A DNA stretch of 64,000 bases from Heteronotia binoei (GCF_032191835.1 NC_083224.1:141422001-141486000); one strand, 5' to 3'; shown: positions 56,501-64,000, numbered from the stretch's first letter. Numbers and translations: made by a program. Notes: generated by a model not told the origin, from the sequence alone.

Positions 56501-58371
56501 TCAGACGGGCCTCCTTCGGCCCAGGGATTGTTAGTAGATTTTAAGAACCAGATCTAAGCACTCCCTGGGGAATATGTGGGGAGAGATGGTCCCTAAGGTA
56601 GGCAGGTCCTAGGCCATATAGGGCTTCAAAGGTAATAACCAGCACCTTGTACCGAACCCTGTATATTATTGGCAGCCAGTGCAGTCCCCGGAGCCCCGGC
56701 TGAATGTGCTCCCACCTTGTTCATATAGCACCATTTTAGTGCTATATGAACAAATAATAAATATAAGATATTGGGAAAATGAACAAATTATTTTCCTCAC
56801 AAAGTGAGCTATAGAAATTTCTGGGGTGGGGGGAGATATGTTCAAGTTGTGAAGGATTAGGATCTAACATTCCTTGTGTTCAATTCTGTCTTTTTTCTTC
56901 CCCAATGTTTTTGGTTTTGGGGTATCCGTCCCTTTCTCTTTTTCATTCTATTATTCTATCTTCTGGCTTCTTTCCTCTGCTGGATCCTCTGCTTTCAAAC
57001 TGCCCACACCTCACCAAGAAGATCCTGCCTAGAACTTAAAAAAAAAAGTGCTGGTGCATGTTGCCAAGCTTTTGAGTCAGAAGTTACAGCATCTCCATTT
57101 GCTTTTTAAGCCTCTGGCTAAGCATTCAGTTAGAGGCTGCAATTTCTTTGTCAGGGAGGGGAGGCGGGGCAAGTTATACAGACATGGGTCCAACTCAAAG
57201 ATGAGAACCTGAAGAACCTGGGACCCAGAAGAGCTTCTTGGTATCATCTCCCATGAAGCAATTGCATTCATTTTGTCTGGGCTCTCTCAGGGGCCTGGAG
57301 GTCACTGGTGGTGGCCTCAGGTTGGCTCCCCACTAGTTATAATTCCAAAGAGGTAGCCAGTACTAAAGAAACAGTACTAAATATCCCAGTTTATTAGGAG
57401 CCCTAATAACATTGCCTCTCTAGTCGTCTGAGTCCTCGCTTTAATTGCCGCAACTCCTGGTTGTACCAAGGTGCCGGCTTTGGACGAGGGCGCAGAGGAC
57501 GCCTAGGTGCGATTTCATCGATGGCTCTGGAGAGTCTGTCATTCCAAGACTCCACCAGGTCATCCAAGGAATCGCCAGGAGGCCAGGGATCCTGTAGAGC
57601 CGTCTGGAACCGTTCTGGGTCCATCTGGCTCTGTGGGCGAGCTAAAATATGCTTGCCACCTAAACGGGCTTAGGGTGGAACATCCACACTAGCCTTGAGG
57701 GCATAGTGGTTCGACCATGGCACTGCTTCAGCAGTAATATCGTCCACTAAATCTGCCCAGAGCATTCACAGCAGAGGGACCATTTGAACTGGGAACTTTT
57801 TCAGTTCAGTTCCTTAAAGAGCCAGAAGAGTGCAGTGCTTAGAGAGGGTCATACTAGTGTCTAGGAGATCCATACTGGACCTCCCCCCCACATACACACT
57901 GCCTTGGAAGCTTGGTGGGCAACCTTGGACCTGTCATACACCCTCACTCTAACCTTCCTCCCTGGGTGGCTGGGAGGAGAAAACAAAGGAGGAGGGAATA
58001 GCACAAACCACCCTGAGCTCCTAAAATTTACTGAAAGTGATTTACTAAAAATGATAAAATTAAAATTTACTAATAGTGATTATACTATAGCAATTGAACT
58101 AATCTTTGTCCCCAGAGATCTTACTGCCCTGAAAGTCACCTCAACAAATGTGCTATTAAATACTAAAAGCAAACTGTGTACTTACGGGGAGCTGAGTTCA
58201 CACTCCCTGGTGGAAAGAAAATGGATATGTTAGTGTGAGTATAACAGTAAAGGAGAACATTTGAGTAATAAATTATATTGTGGCTAAACTATACAAAATT
58301 CTACCATGGATACAAGAAAACATGAACTTACCCGCAACGGTGAGCACGAGAGCAAGTATGATTCCCTTCAT
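27971..58371 (-). CDS. VTG: Vitellogenin, complete 35-exon gene (VTG2/VTG3-cluster paralog; paralog number not assignable from sequence alone)
   Basis: 35 GT-AG exons with phases summing to 5628 nt (multiple of 3, one terminal TAA). Domain order: signal peptide, lipovitellin heavy chain, phosvitin polyserine, lipovitellin light chain, vWD (beta'), Cys-rich C-terminus. The 40/21/152-nt first exons and overall layout match the recalled 35-exon bird/amphibian VTG. Adjacent to CTBS as in the known amniote SSX2IP-VTG2-VTG3-CTBS cluster. Confidence 0.95.
28433..28594 (-). CDS. VTG: Vitellogenin exon 34
   Basis: CNLRYSHVKPEHTIEYLGQQSECFSVESVLQCKEGCLPTATVSIPVAMHCLPA(G); 162 nt. Confidence 0.94.
28806..28962 (-). 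CDS. VTG: Vitellogenin exon 33 (vWD xGLCG motif)
   Basis: IEVDSNTMQEQLQGLCGQFDGEKEFQTPSGRIAKNALGFVQSWVHTEGPCDG(D); 157 nt. Confidence 0.93.
29980..30282 (-). mobile_element. Sauria-type SINE with 12-bp TSD (vitellogenin intron 32)
   Basis: TSD TCAGCTTAACAA at 29968-29979 and 30283-30294; (CCTTT)n tail. Confidence 0.9.
30490..30581 (-). CDS. VTG: Vitellogenin exon 32
   Basis: LTIAITEKNGQLVLKAYDELTCYYDGHNIT; 92 nt. Confidence 0.87.
31490..31587 (-). CDS. VTG: Vitellogenin exon 31
   Basis: EIKLSVKEGAYQVEVDHVEVPLSSLPYRFEGH(G); 98 nt. Confidence 0.87.
32916..33096 (-). CDS. VTG: Vitellogenin exon 30 (start of vWD/beta' domain)
   Basis: ICSVYRNNLTTFAGAEIQTLLVPNCPLILAKNRYKQFSVMMMQRSTHDITKDLIFASNG(P); 181 nt. 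Confidence 0.9.
33618..33963. mobile_element. hAT-Charlie-like MITE
   Basis: CAATGGTCCCCAACCTTTTTGGCACCAGGGACCGG ... GTTGGGGACCC ends. Confidence 0.75.
34022..34136 (-). CDS. VTG: Vitellogenin exon 29
   Basis: TTTIFPNVQFPWSFSEDRLNPVEQQLSFLDLIIGRTHK(G); 115 nt, strong pyrimidine tract, phases fit. Confidence 0.78.
34564..34702 (-). CDS. VTG: Vitellogenin exon 28
   Basis: ISCVFLKMLNMLGISLEEKRNPYDQIKMITVARTSEKYDVILKTSR; 139 nt. Confidence 0.88.
35271..35401 (-). CDS. VTG: Vitellogenin exon 27
   Basis: AFWKNVEKSQYKIKALAEIGWFDHRPALQMKVEYTKVPHEIKK(K); 131 nt. Confidence 0.88.
35512..35724 (-). CDS. VTG: Vitellogenin exon 26 (lipovitellin light chain)
   Basis: LSSLREHKKPSVLAVYRVIYANGTKKGILFMGYKDFETSMVKIQVVLSRISEPNKPIAFMEGALLNPYKVV; 213 nt. 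Confidence 0.88.
36993..37122. mobile_element. hAT-like MITE with 8-bp TSD
   Basis: TIR CAGGCCCGTAGC / GCTACGGGGCTG; TSD TCTTACTG / TCTTATTG. Confidence 0.8.
37262..37465 (-). CDS. VTG: Vitellogenin exon 25 (second polyserine exon)
   Basis: KIAQHGSASSNRRPGSHGSESSSTSTSESSSRSSRKSRSTSSSSSSSESSRKSSSSSSSSSSSSSSLE|GTGAGT; 204 nt. Confidence 0.85.
39140..39184 (-). CDS. VTG: Vitellogenin exon 24 (45-nt small exon)
   Basis: TTTTCTAAG|ENPEDIHLTPHLQLK|GTAATA, phase 0-0; supported by splice signals and position only. Confidence 0.6.
40350..41150 (-). CDS. VTG: Vitellogenin exon 23 (phosvitin polyserine domain; 300 nt are N)
   Basis: QSPIKTEKKSSS..SSSSSDDTSESS..SSRSGSSSSSRSSGSSSDS..GRKSTRG; AGC/AGT-rich; N runs 40679-40840 (162) and 40950-41087 (138) keep frame. 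Confidence 0.88.
41472..41596 (-). CDS. VTG: Vitellogenin exon 22
   Basis: STCAEAQMIELEVDLGNRIPDKTMELLSRESQAEVDLKLQK; 125 nt; donor AAG|GTATAT chosen because it fits the phase of exon 23. Confidence 0.75.
41687..41897 (-). CDS. VTG: Vitellogenin exon 21
   Basis: QKTTSEKK..RENAFLTEVMKRITGEHEFTMDILP; 211 nt. Confidence 0.85.
42450..42600. repeat. AT-rich degenerate tandem repeat
   Basis: GAAAGTGG(C/T)TAAGTAGATCAATTA(C/T)GTTATTAATATTATT twice, plus partial units. Confidence 0.7.
42874..43018 (-). CDS. VTG: Vitellogenin exon 20
   Basis: HDSYLVARNSAEPNVEKKIPLVSKKSEASLQDEHFVSEERVSREDNLA; 145 nt. Confidence 0.82.
43261..43446 (-). CDS. VTG: Vitellogenin exon 19
   Basis: VTGHGAISMGIVANEWQRTMEISGDFLLHVPLKATITIDVKDKSYKIGFPPVCKKTELVAA(K); 186 nt. 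Confidence 0.9.
43595..43682 (-). CDS. VTG: Vitellogenin exon 18
   Basis: RAVVSPPVDSNFHPSELATLKLSVDINA(A); 88 nt. Confidence 0.87.
44405..44590 (-). mobile_element. 5S-rRNA-derived SINE fragment
   Basis: CTAAGCAGGGTTGGCCCTAGTGGGTACTTGGGTGGG (5S box-like) joined to a Sauria-like 3' part. Confidence 0.55.
44779..44965 (-). CDS. VTG: Vitellogenin exon 17
   Basis: NLSEEYFQPLINKVFRNLQEGISGQVVSPVAFPEIRRMFPNNLGMPLEVGATGMFIADISAN(V); 187 nt. Confidence 0.92.
45052..45138 (-). CDS. VTG: Vitellogenin exon 16
   Basis: VPGVYPESQDQSISFSMFDKEIAYLIKPK; 87 nt. Confidence 0.78.
45506..45589 (-). CDS. VTG: Vitellogenin exon 15
   Basis: ARLNSGILDELLKGRSHFNQKISKAEKV; 84 nt, ACAG| and |GTATGT. Confidence 0.75.
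45705..45829 (-). CDS. VTG: Vitellogenin exon 14
   Basis: QRGIGFIEKVITESTAKNLFPSSTMLTTQLLLPGGKTNLFE; 125 nt. Confidence 0.87.
46510..46857 (+). mobile_element. L2 LINE 3' end
   Basis: TTCCGCAGGGCCTGCAAGACC..GCCGCCCTGAGCCTGCTTCGGCGGGGAGGGCGGGATATAAATAAA(TTAC)n. Confidence 0.85.
47307..47404 (-). CDS. VTG: Vitellogenin exon 13
   Basis: SSACKFALKLLKVRSFKMQYYYSKPNIFKFYD; 98 nt. Confidence 0.92.
47929..48221 (+). mobile_element. Sauria-type SINE
   Basis: ..GCTGCAGTAC..GAGTTCGATCCC..GGTTGACTCAGCCTTTCATCCTTCCGAGGTCGG..GGGGACTAC(ATTT/CTTT). Confidence 0.85.
48279..48496 (-). CDS. VTG: Vitellogenin exon 12
   Basis: GQELLTVAFMEREYCTLARIMACVSLLEMNISLPLVVTMAKVAANDNDAQFQRFVISHMTEVAGLRVPQYAD(V); 218 nt. 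Confidence 0.92.
49239..49445 (-). CDS. VTG: Vitellogenin exon 11
   Basis: HFHDRLAEALRSGDEQEIIICLKSLANAAH..IQVEAVLAIRQAARMDPRK; 207 nt. Confidence 0.92.
50010..50135 (-). CDS. VTG: Vitellogenin exon 10
   Basis: EIMESPIIRRNYWLNMAANLAHGALVSRCLSQSPSHAKEILK; 126 nt. Confidence 0.88.
50314..50485 (-). CDS. VTG: Vitellogenin exon 9
   Basis: FALLHVVAMAGSDNSLELLKIAIRDHDIQLSFSELLRFIPIAFHFATPSERAASLAA; 172 nt. Confidence 0.88.
50660..50817 (-). CDS. VTG: Vitellogenin exon 8
   Basis: LMEKMQELDQSNPAGNKAETPKKYLQLVELVRRGSLNDLVTVLRKVASKPHA(R); 158 nt. Confidence 0.88.
50939..51131 (-). CDS. VTG: Vitellogenin exon 7 (with Gln-rich insertion)
   Basis: QELTLTGVKIDNPEQRRQQQQQRQQQQALWPQAQDEGRENIYYEFPDQPRMAVTVMETRNIAEQ; 193 nt. 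Confidence 0.88.
52766..52914 (-). CDS. VTG: Vitellogenin exon 6
   Basis: KNRLLVGVLVSEHKVKFENNTILIGKAEANELYKVSPGSDSETPVILKA(T); 149 nt. Confidence 0.85.
53005..53166 (-). CDS. VTG: Vitellogenin exon 5
   Basis: SGIQGDCDAKYTVNE..ITKSKNLMNCKKKVVQNIGMSYIHALPFCPM; 162 nt. Confidence 0.93.
53437..53522. repeat. (TATC)n microsatellite, about 21 units
   Basis: Read directly. Confidence 0.95.
53768..54004 (-). CDS. VTG: Vitellogenin exon 4
   Basis: LSNPKVEDCIG..IGKIYFARNTPRFCRNIIRGVVGMFKITYKEDKTYEVQE; 237 nt. Confidence 0.9.
54862..55070 (+). mobile_element. 5S-rRNA-derived SINE
   Basis: TAGTATTTGGATGGGAG (5S C-box-like) followed by GCAGAGGCAGGCA..AAACCACC. Confidence 0.55.
55103..55200 (+). repeat. 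98-bp direct repeat, copy A (vitellogenin intron 3)
   Basis: 97/98 identical to 57295-57392. Confidence 0.95.
55690..55841 (-). CDS. VTG: Vitellogenin exon 3
   Basis: FQVDVGKTLLYSYKGEALTGLEDETSGNAGLKFALDLKLYGINTKRFSLM; 152 nt. Confidence 0.9.
56160..56716 (-). mobile_element. L2 LINE, 5'-truncated 3' end
   Basis: Reverse complement of L2 3' coding end and UTR (GGGAGCACATTCAGCCGGGGCTCCGGGGACTGCACTGGCTGCC..GGGAGGGCGGGATATAAATC). Confidence 0.85.
57295..57392 (+). repeat. 98-bp direct repeat, copy B (vitellogenin intron 2)
   Basis: 97/98 identical to 55103-55200. Confidence 0.95.
57395..57760 (-). mobile_element. L2 LINE internal ORF2 fragment
   Basis: MDPERFQTALQDPWPPGDSLDDLVESWNDRLSRAIDEIAPRRPLRPRPKPAPWYNQELRQLKRGLRRLERQ. 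Confidence 0.85.
58186..58206 (-). CDS. VTG: Vitellogenin exon 2 (21-nt microexon)
   Basis: CCAG|GG AGT GTG AAC TCA GCT CCC C|GTAAG, after a 125-nt intron. Confidence 0.85.
58332..58371 (-). CDS. VTG: Vitellogenin exon 1 (signal peptide)
   Basis: MKGIILALVLTVA(G), 40 nt, G|GTAAG. Confidence 0.95.
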
Positions 58372-58383
58372 GATGAAGGTGAA

Positions 58384-58415
58384 TGCCAGTCTGTACCCTT
58401 CTTGGGTATTTTATA
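58384..58415 (-). promoter_or_regulatory. Vitellogenin TATA box and likely transcription start
   Basis: TATAAAA at 58415-58409. ATTCACCTTCATC-ATG begins at 58384, resembling the recalled chicken VTG2 cap sequence ATTCACCTTCGCT-ATG; spacing is 25-31 nt. Confidence 0.85.
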
Positions 58416-58728
58416 GGGAGAGCTGCAGGAGCACGTGATTCCTGCTGATCAGAATTTTGCTGAGGTTACAGGTTTTTATCAGTTTTGGCAAATGTTTGAA
58501 GGGAGAATGGAGCCAGTCATTCTAAAGGGTGAGAACTCTTTTTTGGTTGCAAAGCTGGTCATAAGCTTTGAGTTTCCTTCACCTTTATAATTATTCAATG
58601 CTACTGAAATCTTTCATGAAAACGTATTTCAAGTTTTAAAAAATATATATTTTAATATTCTTTTCCTAGCTGTATTTAAAGGCTCATGGCCACCTTGGAC
58701 ACTATTTTAGTTAGGGATATCTTTGACC

Positions 58729-58743
58729 AGGTTATTCTGACCT
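58729..58743 (-). promoter_or_regulatory. Imperfect estrogen response element near -350
   Basis: AGGTCAgaaTAACCT (one mismatch from GGTCAnnnTGACC). Confidence 0.7.
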
Positions 58744-61239
58744 TATCTATGATGCAAAAGTTTACCTAATGGATAAGTGATAATAACCCCCCACATGCTA
58801 AGCTGGTATCATAAATGAAACATTGATCACACTGCCTGCCTGTATTTTAATTACACTTTTTAATGTCAACTTAAAACCCTTACAATAGTTCTATGGCTCT
58901 TAGTCAAAGCTCAGTTTTAAGCTACATTTATGCTTGAATGTATGTATATATATGGAGAAGGGCATATACAAATTGCCTGAGTTTTTAATTTTGAAGCAGG
59001 ATGCCATTGTCATGTTAGAGAGAGAGGGATTTTACAAGATAACTCTAGCTTATTATATCTAGCTACTATCTACTGTAGAGTACAAAACAATATGGATGAC
59101 ATAAATGGAATGGGCATTCCTGCCTTGGAAGTGAGTAATCATGCGCTATGACCTTTTTGTGCTGCTGAAGGATACCTTTTCCATGTTAAGGTACAAGTAG
59201 AATTTAAATGAATTCTACACATCACTTAATATAGCATTGTATTCTCCACAAATATCCAGGAGTCCTAATCCCCATGACTTTGAGCCAACTATTGTGTTTA
59301 CCTGGAAGTAACTTCATAGATGTTTTGTGCTTTAATTCATTACTTCTTGTTTACTGCTGTGACATCTGAATGGATCCTTAATCAGGTACTGTTCATGGTG
59401 TGTGCATGTGTGTGTATGTACATATAAACACATACCTACATATGTAGGTACATACATATAAGGACACCTTATTATCTTTGTCATTTGACTGTGCGGGACT
59501 ACTCAGTACATTTTAAAAGGATTATAATTTTGTAAATGACCAATTAAAATAATAAAAAACAGTTTTAAAAGCCTGCCTCTAACAATAATTTGTTTCAAAG
59601 ACCAATAATTAATGCCCTTGCCATTTGATTAAGGATTTAGTGTGATTAGATTGTCAGACCAGGATGTGGAGGAAGCTTTCTAGCTGCCTTTGGGCCAGTC
59701 ACTCTCTCTCAACCAGACTTACCGCACAGGGCTGTTATTGATGATAAAATGGGGAATGAATGCATGTGTGCCACACGGAGATTCTTGGAAGGGCAAGATA
59801 AAAATGAACTAAATAAATTTAATAATGTTGTGGTACCCTAATAAACTGGGATTAATTGATGTGGAAATGTTTTTTTGAAAAGCAGTTGAATTGAAAGGGA
59901 CTGAATGGCGATTACAGAAAATGTTATATTTAAAAGATGGGGAAAACAACACTGGAATACAATCAATTGACAATGAAACTGTTACATATTCAAGGTCAAA
60001 GTGGTGCCACAACTACTATCTTGGGTACCTATTTGTACAATATATACAGGCATAGTTTTTCAGGCATTTGGGGACTCATTAAGTGAGTGAAAATGGCAGT
60101 TATTAGCCTCAAGGTGGGAATATGTTCACTAACAGCTACTGCAAGAGCAGCAGCATAAACTTTTGGCTGTGATAGGGATCCATCTAATTTTAGCTCTCTA
60201 GTACTTAAAGATACATTTATGAATAAATAGAAGAAAGTTATAACCCAAGAATTTAACAGTGAAGAATGTTCTCCTCTGCTTCTGAGAGATTACTAGAACA
60301 AGTATGCCTTAGCACGTAGACCTTGTTCGCCTTTAAACTTGGACCTAAATTTGCAATGCTATATAAATACCTTAAGAATTGTAAAATTTAGGAGAGCTTT
60401 TGAGAGGTTATCGCTGAGAAAACTGTGACCACCATGTAGAGGAATGGGGAATCAAACCTGGTTCTCCAGATTAGAGTCCACTGCTCTTAATCACACCAAA
60501 CTGGCTCTTGGTGGTCACCCATCCAAATACTAGCCAGGAATAATGTCACTTAGCTTCTGAGATCTGACAGGATTTGGCTAACCTGGGCTATCCAGGTAAG
60601 CACAGGAGAGCTTATACCCTAGCATATTATAATGTTTGCCATCAGCAGTTCTTTACTGTATCCTAATACCGTTGCCTTGCAGTTGTTACAAGGGAGATAG
60701 AGTGGATGCAGTCGCTCGGTTTCAGCAGATCAGCTAGTTACTTCTCTTCTTGCTGGTGAGAATATACATGTTACTGGAAAAGTGGCTGACCAATTTCACA
60801 CAAGACCTTTAATTCTGGTTTAGCCCTGTCCCCAGACTGACATTCTACACTAGAATAATAGAATCAGAGAAACCAAACTCCATGACTTTATGATTCTATT
60901 ATTTTAGTGTAGAATGAGTTTTGCAATGTAGCCATTGAGATAAAGTCCTGTGTGGTAGAATAACCCTTTAAACAAATTTATGTTCTTTTAATGCTTGTTT
61001 GTTTATAGCTTCGATTCCTAACCCACCATCACCACAAGTGGGCTCAGGAAGATATCATAAAACCGCTTAACAAAAATAACATTAAACAACCAGGAAGATA
61101 TAATAAAACTATTTAACAATTCAAATGAAATTAAAATCAGTTAAAATATCAGTTAAACTATCAGGATGGTGACATAAAAGCTTATCCCATATACAGCCCC
61201 ACAACTGGACTATTAAAAAATCAGATGGAGTTATTTCTA

Positions 61240-61620
61240 TCCAATATTGATAGTTCTATGGACAAAGAGTAGGTCCATTTTAAGCAAGGTTGCCAAATGA
61301 TTTATTATCTACCACCTCAATCAAAAGCGTGGCAGAACAGCTCTGATTTACAGGCCCTGTGGAATTGCATCAAACTCTGCAAGGCTCTGGTCTCCAAATA
61401 AAGGCCAGGCCCTGGTTAAGGTTAAGTGGACCTCTTTTGGGCCAGAGATAACCAGTAAATGTTGATCACTGGAGCTCAAAGCTCTCCAGGGGGTGTATGG
61501 GAAGAGACGAACCCTTAGATATGCCAGTCTCATGCTGCTCAGGGCTTTAAAGGCCAATATCAATATCTTGAACCATATCCAGTAATCGATTGATAGTTAG
61601 TGCAGCTGGCAGAGCACTGG
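61240..61620 (-). mobile_element. Degraded L2 3' fragment
   Basis: ILAFKAL..LAYLRVRL.PY.P.RAL.SS..HLL..GP (L2 ORF2 C-terminus). Confidence 0.7.
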
Positions 61621-61624
61621 CTGC

Positions 61625-63075
61625 ATGCATGCCCACAGAGGCACTGCAAATGTCACCCTCATCTTTAAAAAGGGTTCCAGAGGAGAACCGGGAAATGACA
61701 GGCCAGTCAGTCTGACTTCAATACCGGGAACGTTGGTAGAAACCATTATCAAGGACAGAATGAGTAGGCCCATTGATGAACACAAATTATTGAGGAAGAC
61801 TCAGCATGGGTTCTGTAAGGGAAGATCTTGCCTCACTAACCTGTTACAGTTCTTTGAGGGGGTGAACAAACATGTGGACAAAGGGGACCCAATAGATGTT
61901 GTTTACCTTGACTTCCAGAAAGCTTTTGATAAAGTTCCTCATCAAAGGCTCCTTAGTAGGCTCGAGAGTCATGGAGTAAAAGGACGGGTCCTCTTGTGGA
62001 TCAAAAACTGGCTAATTAATAGGAAGCAGAGAGTGAGTATAAATGGGCAAGGGTAAGCAGTGGGGTGCTGCAGGGCTCAGTACTGGGTCCCATGCTCTTT
62101 AACTTGCTCATAAATGATTTGGAGTTGGGAGTGAGCAGTGAAGTGGCCAAGTTTGCAGATGACACTAAATGGTTCAGGGTGCTGAGAACCAGAGAGGATT
62201 GTGAGCACTCCAAAGGGATCTGTTGAGGCTGGGTGAATGGGTGTCAACGTGGCAGATAAGGTTCAATGTGGCCAAGTGCAAAGTAATGCACATCGGGGCC
62301 AAGAATCCCAGCTACAAATACAAGTTGATGGGTTGTGAACTGGCAGAGACTGACCAAGAGAGAGATCTTGGGGTCATGGTAGATAACTCACTGAGAATGT
62401 CAAGACAGTGTGCGATTGCAATAAAAAAGGCCAATGCTATGCTGGGAATTATTAGGAAGGGAACTGAAAACAAATCAGCCAGTATCATAATGCCCCTGTA
62501 TAAATCGATGGTGTGGTCTCATTTGGAATACTGTGTACAATTCTGGTCACCGCACCTCAAAAAGTATATTATAGTATTGGAAAAAGTCCAGAAAAGGGCA
62601 ACTAGAATGATTAAAGGTTTGAAACACTTTCCCTATGAAGAAAGGTTAAAACGCTGGGGGCTCTTTAGCTTGGAGAAACATCGACTGCGGGGTGACATGA
62701 TAGAGGTTTACAAGATTATTCATGGGATGGAGAAAGTAGAGAAAGAAGTACTTTTCTCCCTTTCTCACAATACAAGAACTCGTGGGCATTCAATGAAATT
62801 GCTGAGCAGTCAGGTTAAAAATAGATAAAAGGAAGTACTTTCACCCAAAGGGTGATTAACATGTGGAATGCACTGCCACAGGAGGTGGTGGCAGCTACAA
62901 GCATAGCCAGCTTTAAGAGGGGATTGGATAAAAATATGGAGCAGAGGTCCATCAGTGGCTATTAGCCACAGCGTGTGTGTGTGTATATATATATATATTT
63001 GTGCACTGTGTGACACAGAGTGTTGGACTGGATGAGCCATTGGCCTGATCCAACATGGATTCTCTTATGTTCTTA
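61625..63075 (+). mobile_element. CR1 LINE, 5'-truncated, RT domain with frameshifts
   Basis: ANVTLIFKKG..PGN.RPVSLTSIPG..QHGF.KGRSCLTNL..VVYLDFQKAFDKVPH; FADD near 62153; ..LEYCVQFWSP..LEKVQKRATRMI..; TTCTTATGTTCTTA tail. Confidence 0.95.
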
Positions 63076-63672
63076 ATCAGTAGGCAAGCTGGTGCAGAAT
63101 GGAGTTTCCTAGTCAGATTCCCTTTTAAAGCGTGTAACTTAAAGTTCTGTTGGCCATATGATAAATTTGTTTTTGACAATGCAGCTAAGGAAGGAACTGG
63201 TGATTGTTCCAGAATAAAGGGCTCGTTTGGAATCACTCAGTGTGACCAAATCTCTACTAAACTAAGGAAACTTTTCTCTTAGCCAGACTCCCAGGAGAAA
63301 AGTACCTGTGGGGAGACATTTTAAAGAGGAAGTTGTCAAAGTATTCAGTCTATCCACTCTTCTCTATTCTACATTGCACCAACACCTCCAGTCTGTGCTT
63401 GTTTGACATGACACGTATTCTAACACATATTGTGCATACTGTCACATCTAAATAGAATTTTAAAGGATAAATTAAAAGCCATTTCTCTTTAAAACATTCC
63501 TTAAATTTTCAGCTTGAATATTTTGTTTAAAAAATATGTAAATAAGTTGCAGATAAAGGAGAAATAGATACCTGCATAGTAAAAAGCTTAAGATACATAT
63601 ATAATTCATATTTTTGAATCACTTAGCTTTTTGGCAATGTCCCTGTAATGCGTAATGTTGCTTTTTTATCCA

Positions 63673-63685
63673 GGTCATGATGACC
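63673..63685. promoter_or_regulatory. Perfect palindromic estrogen response element about 5.3 kb upstream of vitellogenin
   Basis: GGTCAtgaTGACC with 5' A flank. Confidence 0.6.
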
Positions 63686-64000
63686 ATGGGGCTTTTTTGG
63701 GGGGGGGGGTAGTTGCTTCATGTAGCAGCAATCTGCAAATATTGTATCTTTCAGAAAAGATTCTGAGTAGTAAATGAAACCAAGGCAGTTACAGGTCAGT
63801 GAGAACCTTTTAATTCCCTGAAAACAAGTTATGTTAGGAAAGCAAGGAAGATTGCTTTAAGTCAGTTTGATAGCTGCTGAATGCAGTCAGTTTGGGTCAC
63901 ACCGAGTTCTTTTCAAAGACACAGAAGTCTTGTTATAAATACCCATTAAGATGGATAATTTAGGATATGAAGCATAACAAAATTGGCCGTTGATGATGAA

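Noticed and set aside
1-64000. CRISPR arrays, operons or phage-like systems
   Set aside because: This is intron-rich vertebrate DNA; no regularly spaced repeat-spacer array was seen.

Overview
Vertebrate (squamate reptile, most likely a gecko, judging from Sauria/Squam-type SINEs, L2, CR1 and hAT-MITE families) genomic DNA from the conserved CTBS-vitellogenin locus; no prokaryotic features. Minus strand, left to right: (1) exons 5 to 1 of CTBS (di-N-acetylchitobiase; 708-14218, exons 6-7 fall outside the window) with a CpG-rich 5' region; (2) a heavily decayed, unprocessed vitellogenin pseudogene that the ORF track barely shows (best exon relics at 18116-22560, weaker ones from about 15.3 kb to about 27.2 kb); (3) a complete 35-exon vitellogenin gene (27971-58371, 5628 nt CDS, about 1875 aa including 100 N-masked codons) with TATA box, an imperfect ERE near -350 and a perfect ERE 5.3 kb upstream. 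All exon boundaries were read by hand as GT-AG with consistent phases. The intact vitellogenin is unusually divergent: paired cysteine losses, a polyQ insertion, a second polyserine exon and altered phosvitin-flanking cleavage motifs. The dead neighbour is still as close to canonical bird VTG2 as the live gene is. Comparisons to chicken and human proteins use sequences recalled from memory, not database searches. Introns and intergenic DNA carry many LINE, SINE and MITE fragments.
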